DNA from: a virus
Length of the DNA stretch: 64,000 nt
Virus record (IMG/VR): IMGVR_UViG_3300045988_141072
Span: 1-64,000 of that record
Strand: one strand, 5' to 3'
The notes beneath the pieces were generated by a model. That model worked only from the letters and a program-made list of their open reading frames with translations. It did no database searches and was not told where the DNA came from. Positions 16,339 through 24,897 of this stretch are shown here, piece after piece. Numbering within the stretch: position 1 is the stretch's first letter; every line of letters starts with the position of its first letter. Made by a program: the position numbers and the translations under genes.

Positions 16339-17418
16339 GTGAAATATAATTTCGCAACAAAGACTGCTATTGGAATTAAGGGTAAGCCAGTAAAAAATTT
16401 GTGTAGTCAACTAAGTAGGTTTACCTTAAATGAGTTATTTGATTGTTGTGATGATGAAAAGTATGCAAAGTTTTTACGATTTGTAAAGAGAGAAGAGTCT
16501 TATTATTATCCAATATATAATATAGGAACAATTCTAAATCGTGTACCACGATATTCAAACTATGAACAGTTGTTTTCAGCAGGAATAGATGAGATTTTAG
16601 ATAGTAGGAACAAATTCAGATATACAATTAATCAAATTCCCAAAGCGTTAATTAAATTATGTAAAAACAGAGAAATAAAATTATCGAATAGCATTCTTGA
16701 ATATTATAAGAAGAATCCTGATGCTCATTTAATTGCATATAAGTTGGAATATATGAGCTTGACAGATGAAGATATTTACAAAATTTGGTCAACAGATAAT
16801 TATGACTACGATTATGATACAAATGAACGACATTATTGGTCTTATTTTAATAAATTGATTGAAGAGTATGGATATACTGCAAAACCACTTTTATTATATA
16901 TTGACCAGTTAAAAACATTTGAAGCATTAGAAGATGTTAGATTTGTGATTAAAGAATTATATGACTATGCAAATATGATGAAAACTATTAGTCCTAAATT
17001 TGACAAATATCCAAGACATTTTTTAACTACACATAAAATCGCTTGTAGAAATTACAATCGAATGAAGAAAGAGTTCTCAGAAGAGTTATTTAAAAAGAGA
17101 ATAAATAAACAGTACGAATGCTCTTTTGGTGATTACATATTCATTTATCCAGATTCTACACAGGATATTAAAGATGAGGCTGCATCACAAAACAACTGTG
17201 TTGCTTCATACATAGATAAGGTTATTGACGGTAAATGCCACATTCTTTTCTTGAGAAAGAAGAATAAACCAGATGAGAGTTTGGTAACGATTGAAGTAAG
17301 AAATAATCATATTGTACAAGCTAAACGAAGATTCAATGATGGCGTAACAACAGAGGATCAGAAAGCTATTGATGCATTTAACAAAAAATTTGCGAATAAG
17401 GAAGATAAAGCAGCATGA
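16339..17418 (+). CDS. PcfJ-like protein
   Basis: The C-terminal DEAASQNNCVASYIDKVIDGKCHILFLRKKNKPDESLVTIEV..IVQAKRRFN matches the PcfJ-like domain pattern. The frame is already open from 16282 behind a good SD, so the true start may be upstream of GTG 16339. Confidence 0.6.
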   Translation: MKYNFATKTAIGIKGKPVKNLCSQLSRFTLNELFDCCDDEKYAKFLRFVKREESYYYPIYNIGTILNRVPRYSNYEQLFSAGIDEILDSRNKFRYTINQIPKALIKLCKNREIKLSNSILEYYKKNPDAHLIAYKLEYMSLTDEDIYKIWSTDNYDYDYDTNERHYWSYFNKLIEEYGYTAKPLLLYIDQLKTFEALEDVRFVIKELYDYANMMKTISPKFDKYPRHFLTTHKIACRNYNRMKKEFSEELFKKRINKQYECSFGDYIFIYPDSTQDIKDEAASQNNCVASYIDKVIDGKCHILFLRKKNKPDESLVTIEVRNNHIVQAKRRFNDGVTTEDQKAIDAFNKKFANKEDKAA

Positions 17419-17855
17419 TTAAAGGTGATCGAATTAAATTAGTTAAGAAAATGGGCGTGTTTGATAGCATTGGTGAAATTTGTGAAGTAACTGATATTCA
17501 GGAAGGTGGAGTAATCTGCTTTAAGTTTGGTGGTTGTCATCTTGGTTGTATGTCATATGACGAGTATGAAAAGTATTTTGAAAGGGTTGAAGAACCTGTA
17601 AAGAGAACTTGGAGTGAGTGGAGCGATTACCATATTTTACATTTGACAGACTTACTTGGTATTCCTAGAAAATTGAACTGGCAGTACAGATATAATGGGA
17701 AGAAAATTCAAGTTAGAAGTGGTGCATTTAAAGTAGAAACTACATGTTATAAAGATGATACTTTTGACCTTAGTAAAGGATTGAACTTAGCCAAGAAAAG
17801 ATTGATTGTAAAATACCTTGATAATCAGGTTAGGTCAATTGCAAAAGCAATGTAA
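17415..17855 (+). CDS. hypothetical protein
   Basis: ORF track; ATGA overlap with the upstream stop. Confidence 0.65.
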   Translation: MIKGDRIKLVKKMGVFDSIGEICEVTDIQEGGVICFKFGGCHLGCMSYDEYEKYFERVEEPVKRTWSEWSDYHILHLTDLLGIPRKLNWQYRYNGKKIQVRSGAFKVETTCYKDDTFDLSKGLNLAKKRLIVKYLDNQVRSIAKAM

Positions 17856-17870
17856 GGAGAGAATAAATAT

Positions 17871-18200
17871 ATGAAAGCATTTAATAAAATTTTTGATGCA
17901 ATTAGCAGTCTTAATAACAACATTATACATTTAATTGATTGCTATAAGAGAGAACATGATGATGTGATTAGAACATATAATAGCTACAGAGATATTATTC
18001 AGGAACAGGATAGAATCATACAGTCGTTATTGAAATCACAGACAAACAATAAAGATATGGAATGTATGGTGTTTGTTCCATATAGAGGTAAGCCAGTTGT
18101 AATTAAAAATGGCGAAGTAGTCAGTACAGATAGCATGACTTCGTTTGATGTTGATTGGGCTTATGATAGACGAACTGATGTAACTGTGAGAGGAGAATAA
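17871..18200 (+). CDS. hypothetical protein
   Basis: ORF track; SD is AGGAGAGAATAA. Confidence 0.65.
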   Translation: MKAFNKIFDAISSLNNNIIHLIDCYKREHDDVIRTYNSYRDIIQEQDRIIQSLLKSQTNNKDMECMVFVPYRGKPVVIKNGEVVSTDSMTSFDVDWAYDRRTDVTVRGE

Positions 18201-18204
18201 TAGA

Positions 18205-19341
18205 TTGAATAGTAGCATTTTTATTCCTAAGACGATAAATGTTGGATATCAAAATCGTTCAGGAACTTACACAGGAAAACTTGCCTATGTCATTTACTAT
18301 GACGAAAAAGGTAAGCTGCGAAAAGAAGCATCATGGAACAGTTGGCGTGACGATAAAATTCCAAATGATGAATTTGAGAATGTTCCAACAGAAGGATTTG
18401 TACTAAATAAGAAAGCTGGTGATTACTCTACAGGATGGGATCACCGACATGCTTATTGTAGAGTATATGATCCAAGGGGATTTGAGTTTGAAATTACCAT
18501 TGAAAATTTATTGTACATTCTCGAAAATGCGAATTGTATCAAAGGTAAGGGACTTGAAGGAGAATTTATATATGGATGGGATGGTAAGGATCTAGTTCTT
18601 ATGCCTGTTGAATCACCTGATTATAAGCAGATTAGTGAATTTAATAAAATTATCCATAATAATGAAACAATTAAAGCAAAAGATTTAATTATCGGTGCTA
18701 CATATCTCACAAAAGATAATGAGAACTGGATTTATATAGGTAAATTCGATGTTTATGACCAGTATGGAAATTGGGAAAATTGGGAAAATAAAGGTAAACA
18801 TTTCTGGTTTTGGAGAGGTAGTTATTTTGAACATTATAGGTCAATACCAAAAAATAAATTTATCAAATGTATTGATGATAAGTGTAATGAAAAGTATGCA
18901 AACATTTTTGATAAATTAGAAGGAGAACCAGAATATTCTCCATATGATAGCAGTAAAGATGAATACAAATATTTTACACTTGATGAATTTAAAGAAGAGC
19001 ATGGCGACTATTGGAGAAGAAGTCGTTTTATAAGCGAATATTATAGTGGAAATAAATACGTATTTGACACTTGTAAACAGGATAATGATTTATATATTGT
19101 TAGTAAAATACAAATAGTACGTAATTATTATTACCCATCCGAAGAACGTGTTGAAGTAACCGATATTTTTCCGACTACATCTAAAATGGTTAAATCAAAC
19201 CGTTATCCATATAAAGACATAGAAGAAAAGCATATGATTCCAGTTACATTAGAAAAGATTTTTGAAGTGATGAAACCAATGTATATTCAAAAATATTTAG
19301 CAAATGGTAGAGAATATAAAAAGGAGTACGAAATTAAATGA
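18205..19341 (+). CDS. hypothetical protein (378 aa)
   Basis: ORF track; TTG start 4 nt after GGAGAATAA. Confidence 0.7.
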   Translation: MNSSIFIPKTINVGYQNRSGTYTGKLAYVIYYDEKGKLRKEASWNSWRDDKIPNDEFENVPTEGFVLNKKAGDYSTGWDHRHAYCRVYDPRGFEFEITIENLLYILENANCIKGKGLEGEFIYGWDGKDLVLMPVESPDYKQISEFNKIIHNNETIKAKDLIIGATYLTKDNENWIYIGKFDVYDQYGNWENWENKGKHFWFWRGSYFEHYRSIPKNKFIKCIDDKCNEKYANIFDKLEGEPEYSPYDSSKDEYKYFTLDEFKEEHGDYWRRSRFISEYYSGNKYVFDTCKQDNDLYIVSKIQIVRNYYYPSEERVEVTDIFPTTSKMVKSNRYPYKDIEEKHMIPVTLEKIFEVMKPMYIQKYLANGREYKKEYEIK

Positions 19342-19745
19342 GTAAAAACGATGACAGAATTTTAGAATTAAAGAAACAGATTGAAGCCAAGAAGAAATCA
19401 ATTTCTGAGAGGAAGGTTAAATTTATTCCTGAAACAAATTGCGTTCTTAATATGGATGGAATGACAATTAATCTCAACGTGTGTTCAGATGATGCATTAT
19501 TATTACTTTTGATTAGATTGAATTCATATTTAATGTCTGCTAAGGATCTTAATATGGCTGATTTTGAAATTTCAGGATACAGTGTGACAGCATGGATTAA
19601 AGATATTAAGAGTAAGTTAGAGGTATCTGGTCTGAAGAAAGAAGAGTCTGATTTGAAGAAAATGGAGAGCAAGTTGGACAAGTTGCTCTCTGATGATAAG
19701 AAAACAGAGCTGGAAATTGATGAGATTGCTGCCTTATTGAAGTAA
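19338..19745 (+). CDS. hypothetical coiled-coil protein
   Basis: ORF track; ATGA overlap with the upstream gene. Confidence 0.65.
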   Translation: MSKNDDRILELKKQIEAKKKSISERKVKFIPETNCVLNMDGMTINLNVCSDDALLLLLIRLNSYLMSAKDLNMADFEISGYSVTAWIKDIKSKLEVSGLKKEESDLKKMESKLDKLLSDDKKTELEIDEIAALLK

Positions 19746-19865
19746 AAGAGAGAATAATACAATAGGTAGTATATTTCATAAAAACACATACTATATATAG
19801 TGGTTAGGCAAATTAAAACTACTATATATAGCAACAAAATGGACAAGAAATATCGGTTTCCTTGG
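19746..19865 (+). promoter_or_regulatory. Intergenic regulatory cassette, copy 2
   Basis: AGAATAATACAATAGGTAGT at 19751-19770. Palindromic ACTATATATAGT at 19790-19801, with a second ACTATATATAG at 19821-19831. CAAGAAATATCGGTTTCCTTGG follows. Confidence 0.55.
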
Positions 19866-19880
19866 GAGGTGAAATAAATT

Positions 19881-20255
19881 ATGAGTTGTAAATATCCAGT
19901 AAATAGTAGAAGCTATAAGTTTTGTTTAGGCTGTAGTGATATGGGTTATTGCGAAGATGCAGTTACTTCTAATATACCTATGCCAGAAGTTCAGTCACCA
20001 AAGAATGTTATTCCATCTGCATCAGAAGCAAATAAAATGACAAACAATGCAATTGATAGTTGCACTACACAGCAATTAGCAGAATTATCTAAATTAATTA
20101 GAGATGCGATTGCAGATGGCAAATTTTCAATCAGTGAAGATGGTTGTTTAAAACCTGAAACACGAAAGAAATTAGAGGAACTTGGTTATAAAGTCGAGAC
20201 TGGTACTCAGTACAATGAGCCATATTACAGTATCAGTTGGAAGGAGAATAAGTAA
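19881..20255 (+). CDS. hypothetical protein
   Basis: ORF track; SD is GGGAGGTG. Confidence 0.65.
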   Translation: MSCKYPVNSRSYKFCLGCSDMGYCEDAVTSNIPMPEVQSPKNVIPSASEANKMTNNAIDSCTTQQLAELSKLIRDAIADGKFSISEDGCLKPETRKKLEELGYKVETGTQYNEPYYSISWKENK

Positions 20256-20572
20256 TGGTAGAAAAATATTATAACGAGAATGGTGAACTTGGTGTTTTAT
20301 ATAGTCCAGGATTTGGTGCAGGTTGGTCTACTTGGAGTAATGAGGAACTCGCATATGATAAAAGGATTGTTGAATATTGGTTGAATGAAAATCCGACATC
20401 AGAACAGATGAGCGAATTTCTTGAATCAATTGGTTATCATGATGTTTATATGGGAGGCTATAATAGTTTGGAAATTTCGTGGATTCCAAGAGGAACAATG
20501 TTTTATGTTCATGAATATGACGGTCATGAAACAGTAGAAACACCTAATACTTGTGGAATGATCATGGCGTAG
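20255..20572 (+). CDS. hypothetical protein
   Basis: ORF track; TAATG overlap. Confidence 0.65.
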   Translation: MVEKYYNENGELGVLYSPGFGAGWSTWSNEELAYDKRIVEYWLNENPTSEQMSEFLESIGYHDVYMGGYNSLEISWIPRGTMFYVHEYDGHETVETPNTCGMIMA

Positions 20573-20626
20573 AAGCACAGTAAATTTCGATTTCTTTTAG
20601 AGAATATTAAAGTGGAGGTAATTAAA

Positions 20627-20896
20627 ATGACAAGTTACGAATTTGAGAAGGCAGCAAAAAATGCAGTGATTCAGACATTGAGTGAAAATATCAGTATTGA
20701 CCAGTTGGATCTCGTATGGTTTGCACATGAGTTAGGTTATAAGAAGTGTACTATTTGGGGACAGCCAATGGGTAACAGATATGCAGAAGTTACTTATAAC
20801 AGAGATAAAGATGAGATGTATGTAGACATTTATCAGAAGATTATTAACAATAAGATTTCATCTGATGAGTTCAATTTTGAAGGTAAAGGAGAATAA
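20627..20896 (+). CDS. hypothetical protein
   Basis: ORF track 20612-20896. ATG 20627 lies 9 nt after GGAGG. Confidence 0.65.
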   Translation: MTSYEFEKAAKNAVIQTLSENISIDQLDLVWFAHELGYKKCTIWGQPMGNRYAEVTYNRDKDEMYVDIYQKIINNKISSDEFNFEGKGE

Positions 20897-20899
20897 CAT

Positions 20900-21295
20900 A
20901 TGGGATATTACACTAGATACAGTATGGAGATCCAAGACATTGACGATAAGGGATATGATTCTTACAAAATCGCAAAGTATATGTTAGATAAACAGGAAGA
21001 GTCAGATCAGTTTTATGCATTTGAATATCAACTAAAAGATTTTGTGGAAACTACAGATCCAGAGTTGGGAACAAGTTATGCATTGTATCTTGAAGATAGT
21101 GATGAAGTCAAGTGGTATGATAACGAAGAAGAAATGAGAAAATTATCAAAAAAGTTTCCTGATGTGCTTTTCAAATTACATGGTGAAGGTGAAGACAACG
21201 AAGATATTTGGGATAAGTATTTTATGAATGGTAAAATGCAGTATTGTCCAGCCGAAATTATGTGTCCACCATTTGATAGAGCGAAATTAAATTAG
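20900..21295 (+). CDS. hypothetical protein
   Basis: ORF track; follows GGAGAATAA. Confidence 0.65.
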   Translation: MGYYTRYSMEIQDIDDKGYDSYKIAKYMLDKQEESDQFYAFEYQLKDFVETTDPELGTSYALYLEDSDEVKWYDNEEEMRKLSKKFPDVLFKLHGEGEDNEDIWDKYFMNGKMQYCPAEIMCPPFDRAKLN

Positions 21296-21339
21296 AAGGA
21301 AACTGACATTTCTTGGTGCAGATTGGAGAATAAACAGTT

Positions 21340-21579
21340 ATGGATAATATGTTTTTGGTACAGTATGAACCACTTACAACAAGAATAGGAAGAGTTTTAT
21401 CTCTGGCTTTTGAGCCAAAACTAACACAAGAAATGATTGAAAAATTTTATGATGAAGTAAATGCTTCTGATTTTTATCATAATTCAATTGTACTTGTAGT
21501 TAAAGCAAAAAGTATGGATGAAGTTAGAGAACAGGTTATTGGAACTTTTAATGTTTTATATAAAAGTAATGGAGAATAA
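21340..21579 (+). CDS. hypothetical protein
   Basis: ORF track; SD is TGGAGAATAA. Confidence 0.6.
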   Translation: MDNMFLVQYEPLTTRIGRVLSLAFEPKLTQEMIEKFYDEVNASDFYHNSIVLVVKAKSMDEVREQVIGTFNVLYKSNGE

Positions 21580-21583
21580 TATT

Positions 21584-21949
21584 ATGGGATATAAAAGAGG
21601 TCGTAGGGTGTGTCTTAATTTGATACGAGATCCAGTAGATAATTACATAGAACATAAAGATGAAATCGAAGAAATTCTTAAACCATTCACAGTAGTTCCA
21701 CGAAATAAAATATCTAAAGTAGATACAGACCAATGGTTATATATTAGTTCGGCTTGGCAAGATAAAAATTATGTAAGAGCTGTCGAGATTTGTAAAGGTA
21801 GTAAGATTTACAGTACAGATGAAAATGATCTATACGAATTAGACAAAGAATTGAATGAGCTTGGATTTAAGACAAGAATGGGTAGAAATTGCGATACAGG
21901 AACTTTAAGTATTGCAGTTTTAGAAGAACCTGAAACAGAGAATATATAG
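21584..21949 (+). CDS. hypothetical protein
   Basis: ORF track 21518-21949. ATG 21584 follows GGAGAATAA. Confidence 0.65.
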   Translation: MGYKRGRRVCLNLIRDPVDNYIEHKDEIEEILKPFTVVPRNKISKVDTDQWLYISSAWQDKNYVRAVEICKGSKIYSTDENDLYELDKELNELGFKTRMGRNCDTGTLSIAVLEEPETENI

Positions 21950-21963
21950 TTGGAGGTGAGAAT

Positions 21964-22344
21964 GTGAATTATATAGAGTTCTTAAAATTTTCAAAGAGTG
22001 GTAAGGAAAAACAGAAAAACAAAAATATAATATATCCAGACAGCATATCAGAAAAATATTCACTGCTTGGAGATGATATTAGAAAACTTAATGATTTGGA
22101 TTCTTTTGCAGATTATGTTGAATTTTGTATGAAGAGTGATCCTATTTTTGATTTATTTATTACATATGGTCATATAAGCAAGGATGTTAAAACTTATAAG
22201 GATATGACAGATGGAATAATGAATCACTTTATAACTTTTGTGTGGAAAGTCTTTTATATCCCATTAACGAATTGTTTTTATGAAGAAAAAATAAAAGAAT
22301 GTGTAAAACATGGTATTGATGGTGATATTCAAATTATCATCTAA
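21964..22344 (+). CDS. hypothetical protein
   Basis: ORF track; GTG start after GGAGGTGAG. Confidence 0.6.
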   Translation: MNYIEFLKFSKSGKEKQKNKNIIYPDSISEKYSLLGDDIRKLNDLDSFADYVEFCMKSDPIFDLFITYGHISKDVKTYKDMTDGIMNHFITFVWKVFYIPLTNCFYEEKIKECVKHGIDGDIQIII

Positions 22345-22453
22345 GTAAACAAACTCTTGGCGATTCAGCTAACAATTTCCAATAAAAGTGAAAATCAAAT
22401 AGAGAATAAGTAAATATCAGAAAGGAATGTAAAGTGTAGCTACTGTAAATCAT

Positions 22454-23080
22454 ATGAGCTTTCTGGTGACAAGAATGGAGAATAAAGTATTAACAGGTGC
22501 GAAACTTGCAGGTGGTAATCCTGAAAATGGAAGAATAGAAAATGATTATTACGCAACAAATCCTGAAGCGGTAAAGATGTTATTACAGAAATATGATTTC
22601 TTTGCACAAACAATTTTAGAGCCTTGTGTTGGTGGTGGTCATATTGCCAATGCAGTAAATGATTTTTATGAAAATAAAAGAGATATTACAGGACTTGATT
22701 TAGTAGATAGAGGTTATCCAAATACAATAGTGACAGATTTTCTTACATATGAAACAGATAAAAAATATGAAGGAATTATCACAAATCCACCATATTCACT
22801 GGCAAAAGAATTTGTTGAAAAGGGAATGGAGTTACTAACAAATGATGGTCAGATGGCAATGTTTCTTAAAATTCAATTTCTTGAAGGTGCGAAAAGGAAA
22901 GAGTTGTTTGAGAAATATCCACCTAAATACATATATGTTTTCAGAAATAGGATGGCAACTTGGAATAGTGGTTTAGAAAAAGATCCAAAAACAGGAAAGA
23001 AATGGGCAACTACAATGTGCCATGCGTGGTTTGTATGGGAGAAAGGTAGTACATCTGAGCCAATTGTTAGGTGGTTATAA
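22454..23080 (+). CDS. N6-adenine DNA methyltransferase (small NPPY type)
   Basis: SAM-binding EPCVGGGHIA and catalytic ITNPPYS. The start codon is uncertain (ATG 22454 or 22475). Confidence 0.8.
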   Translation: MSFLVTRMENKVLTGAKLAGGNPENGRIENDYYATNPEAVKMLLQKYDFFAQTILEPCVGGGHIANAVNDFYENKRDITGLDLVDRGYPNTIVTDFLTYETDKKYEGIITNPPYSLAKEFVEKGMELLTNDGQMAMFLKIQFLEGAKRKELFEKYPPKYIYVFRNRMATWNSGLEKDPKTGKKWATTMCHAWFVWEKGSTSEPIVRWL

Positions 23081-23153
23081 ATCAAATAAGAGAATAAGTA
23101 AGTGAAAGGAGTGAGTGGCAGCCTTAAAGATATATCGCTCTGAGTAAATTACA

Positions 23154-23978
23154 ATGTACGAACCAGTAATTAAATGGAGTGGAAGTAAGAGAAGTCAGGC
23201 TGAAAAGATTTTAACATTTTTTCCAAAAGAGATTGATACCTATTATGAACCGTTTTGTGGTGGAGCTTCAGTTTTAAGGAGGCTTCTCGACAGTGATATA
23301 CGAGTTAAGCATTATATATGTAGTGATTTGAATAGTGGGTTGATTGACTTATGGAATAAAATCATTAACAATCCGTCAGAAGTTTCTTCTTATTATAAGA
23401 AGCTTTGGAATGAATTAAATACAGATGACGATAAGCAACGAAAGAAAGAATATTTTGCCAATGTTAGGGACAGATACAACAAAGAGCATAATCCATTAGA
23501 TTTTATGTTTATTATGAGAACAACAACCAATGGTATGCCAAGATATAACCGTAATGGCGAATTTAACAATTCATTTCATGTAACCAGAAATGGTATTATT
23601 CCTGAAACATTTAAGAAGATAATTTTTGAATGGAGTCAATTATTAAAACAGAATGATGTTAAATTTATCAGTTGTTCGTATGAAGATATAAAACCAACAG
23701 AGAATGATTATATGTATCTTGATCCACCTTATGCAAATACAAAAGGTATGTATTATGGAACTATTGATTATGAAAAATTTTGGGATTATTTAAGACAGTT
23801 GCTATGTAGATATGCTTTATCTTTTGATGGTAAGAGTGGTGATATAGATAATACTTGGAATGTTCCTAAAGACATATATACAACACATGAGTATTTGCTA
23901 AGTGGTAATAGCAGTTTTAAGCGTACAATTGGTAAATCAAACGACAGCATTGTTTACGAAAGTTTGTATGTAAAGTAG
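23154..23978 (+). CDS. dam: Dam-family (D12 class) N6-adenine DNA methyltransferase
   Basis: KWSGSKRS, EPFCGGASV and LDPPYANT motifs in the canonical Dam order. Confidence 0.9.
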   Translation: MYEPVIKWSGSKRSQAEKILTFFPKEIDTYYEPFCGGASVLRRLLDSDIRVKHYICSDLNSGLIDLWNKIINNPSEVSSYYKKLWNELNTDDDKQRKKEYFANVRDRYNKEHNPLDFMFIMRTTTNGMPRYNRNGEFNNSFHVTRNGIIPETFKKIIFEWSQLLKQNDVKFISCSYEDIKPTENDYMYLDPPYANTKGMYYGTIDYEKFWDYLRQLLCRYALSFDGKSGDIDNTWNVPKDIYTTHEYLLSGNSSFKRTIGKSNDSIVYESLYVK

Positions 23979-24218
23979 AGAATATATAAGTAGCAAGAAA
24001 CTTGCGTTTCATTGGCTTCGCAAACCTAGTGTTTATAAGGGTTTCAGAGATTAAAAAAATCAAAAATGCTCAAATCGAGCGAAATTCCCTAATTTTCAAT
24101 GATTTTTAGAGAATAATAAAAATGAGGTGCTGAAAACCCTTATAAATCAAGGGTTTTACAGTATCAATATCAAGAAACAGAGAATATAAGAATAGCAAGA
24201 AATCACTGTTTCATGTGG
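23976..24218 (+). repeat. Composite intergenic region: about 40-nt direct repeats flanking a structured 160-nt insert
   Basis: TAGAGAATATATAAGTAGCAAGAAACTTGCGTTTCATTGG (23976-24015) versus CAGAGAATATAAGAATAGCAAGAAATCACTGTTTCATGTGG (24178-24218). The insert holds TTATAAGGGTTTCAGAG (24033-24049), TAGAGAATAA (24107-24116) and the hairpin CTGAAAACCCTT/AAGGGTTTTACAG (24130-24161). Confidence 0.6.
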
Positions 24219-24236
24219 ATTTTGAGGAGGTGAGAA

Positions 24237-24635
24237 ATGGATACACAGTTATGTAAAGCAAAGAGTATTAATAGTGGTCAATGGGTTTATGGATATTATG
24301 TAAAAGGTTTAGATATGTATGGCAAAGAAATTCATATGATATTTGAACCAGCAACAGTATTCTATTCTCATGGCGAAACCGATGGCTTTGAAGAAATAAA
24401 TCCAAAGACATTGTGTAGATGTACTGGTAGCCATGATAAGAATGGCAAGTTAATCTTTGAAAACGACATTCTAAACGGAGAATTATATAATGTAGTCTCT
24501 TATGGAAATGGTGAGAATGAATTTCTCGGAATGAATGTTGGTTGGTATGTTCAGAGAGATAACTTTGAATCATGGTGTGAATTAAATGATTTGGAAATGT
24601 ATGAAGTAACAGGAAATATCTTAGATAATATCTAA
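24237..24635 (+). CDS. YopX-like protein
   Basis: Pattern ..GQWVYGYYV...TL.RCTGSHDKNGKLIFENDIL.. is typical of the YopX family. Confidence 0.7.
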   Translation: MDTQLCKAKSINSGQWVYGYYVKGLDMYGKEIHMIFEPATVFYSHGETDGFEEINPKTLCRCTGSHDKNGKLIFENDILNGELYNVVSYGNGENEFLGMNVGWYVQRDNFESWCELNDLEMYEVTGNILDNI

Positions 24636-24897
24636 TCAGTCTTGAACAAATCAGTTCAAAAATTCCAAACAAAAATGTCTTGAAAATTATATAAAAATCG
24701 AGACAAACAAGAGAATAAATAAAATCGGAAAGCATTTGTATGGGTGGTAAACAGCATACCCTTGGGTTTGTGCGCTCAAAAATCACTGATTATACATAGA
24801 TGTTTATATAAATTAACTTCTGTGTTCCAGTCGTAAGACTGTTCAAATATAGTTATCAAAAAATTTTATTACATATTATAAGGAGGACATTTTTTAA

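Noticed and set aside
19334-19846. 170-aa minus-strand ORF across the 19338-19745 gene and cassette 2
   Set aside because: It is antisense to a well-coupled + strand gene. The composition is a low-complexity I/L/S/F/Y run typical of AT-rich antisense frames, there is no SD, and it runs through the regulatory dyads.
24268-24786. 172-aa minus-strand ORF over yopX and the downstream spacer
   Set aside because: It is antisense to a recognisable YopX-family gene, has no SD and has atypical composition.
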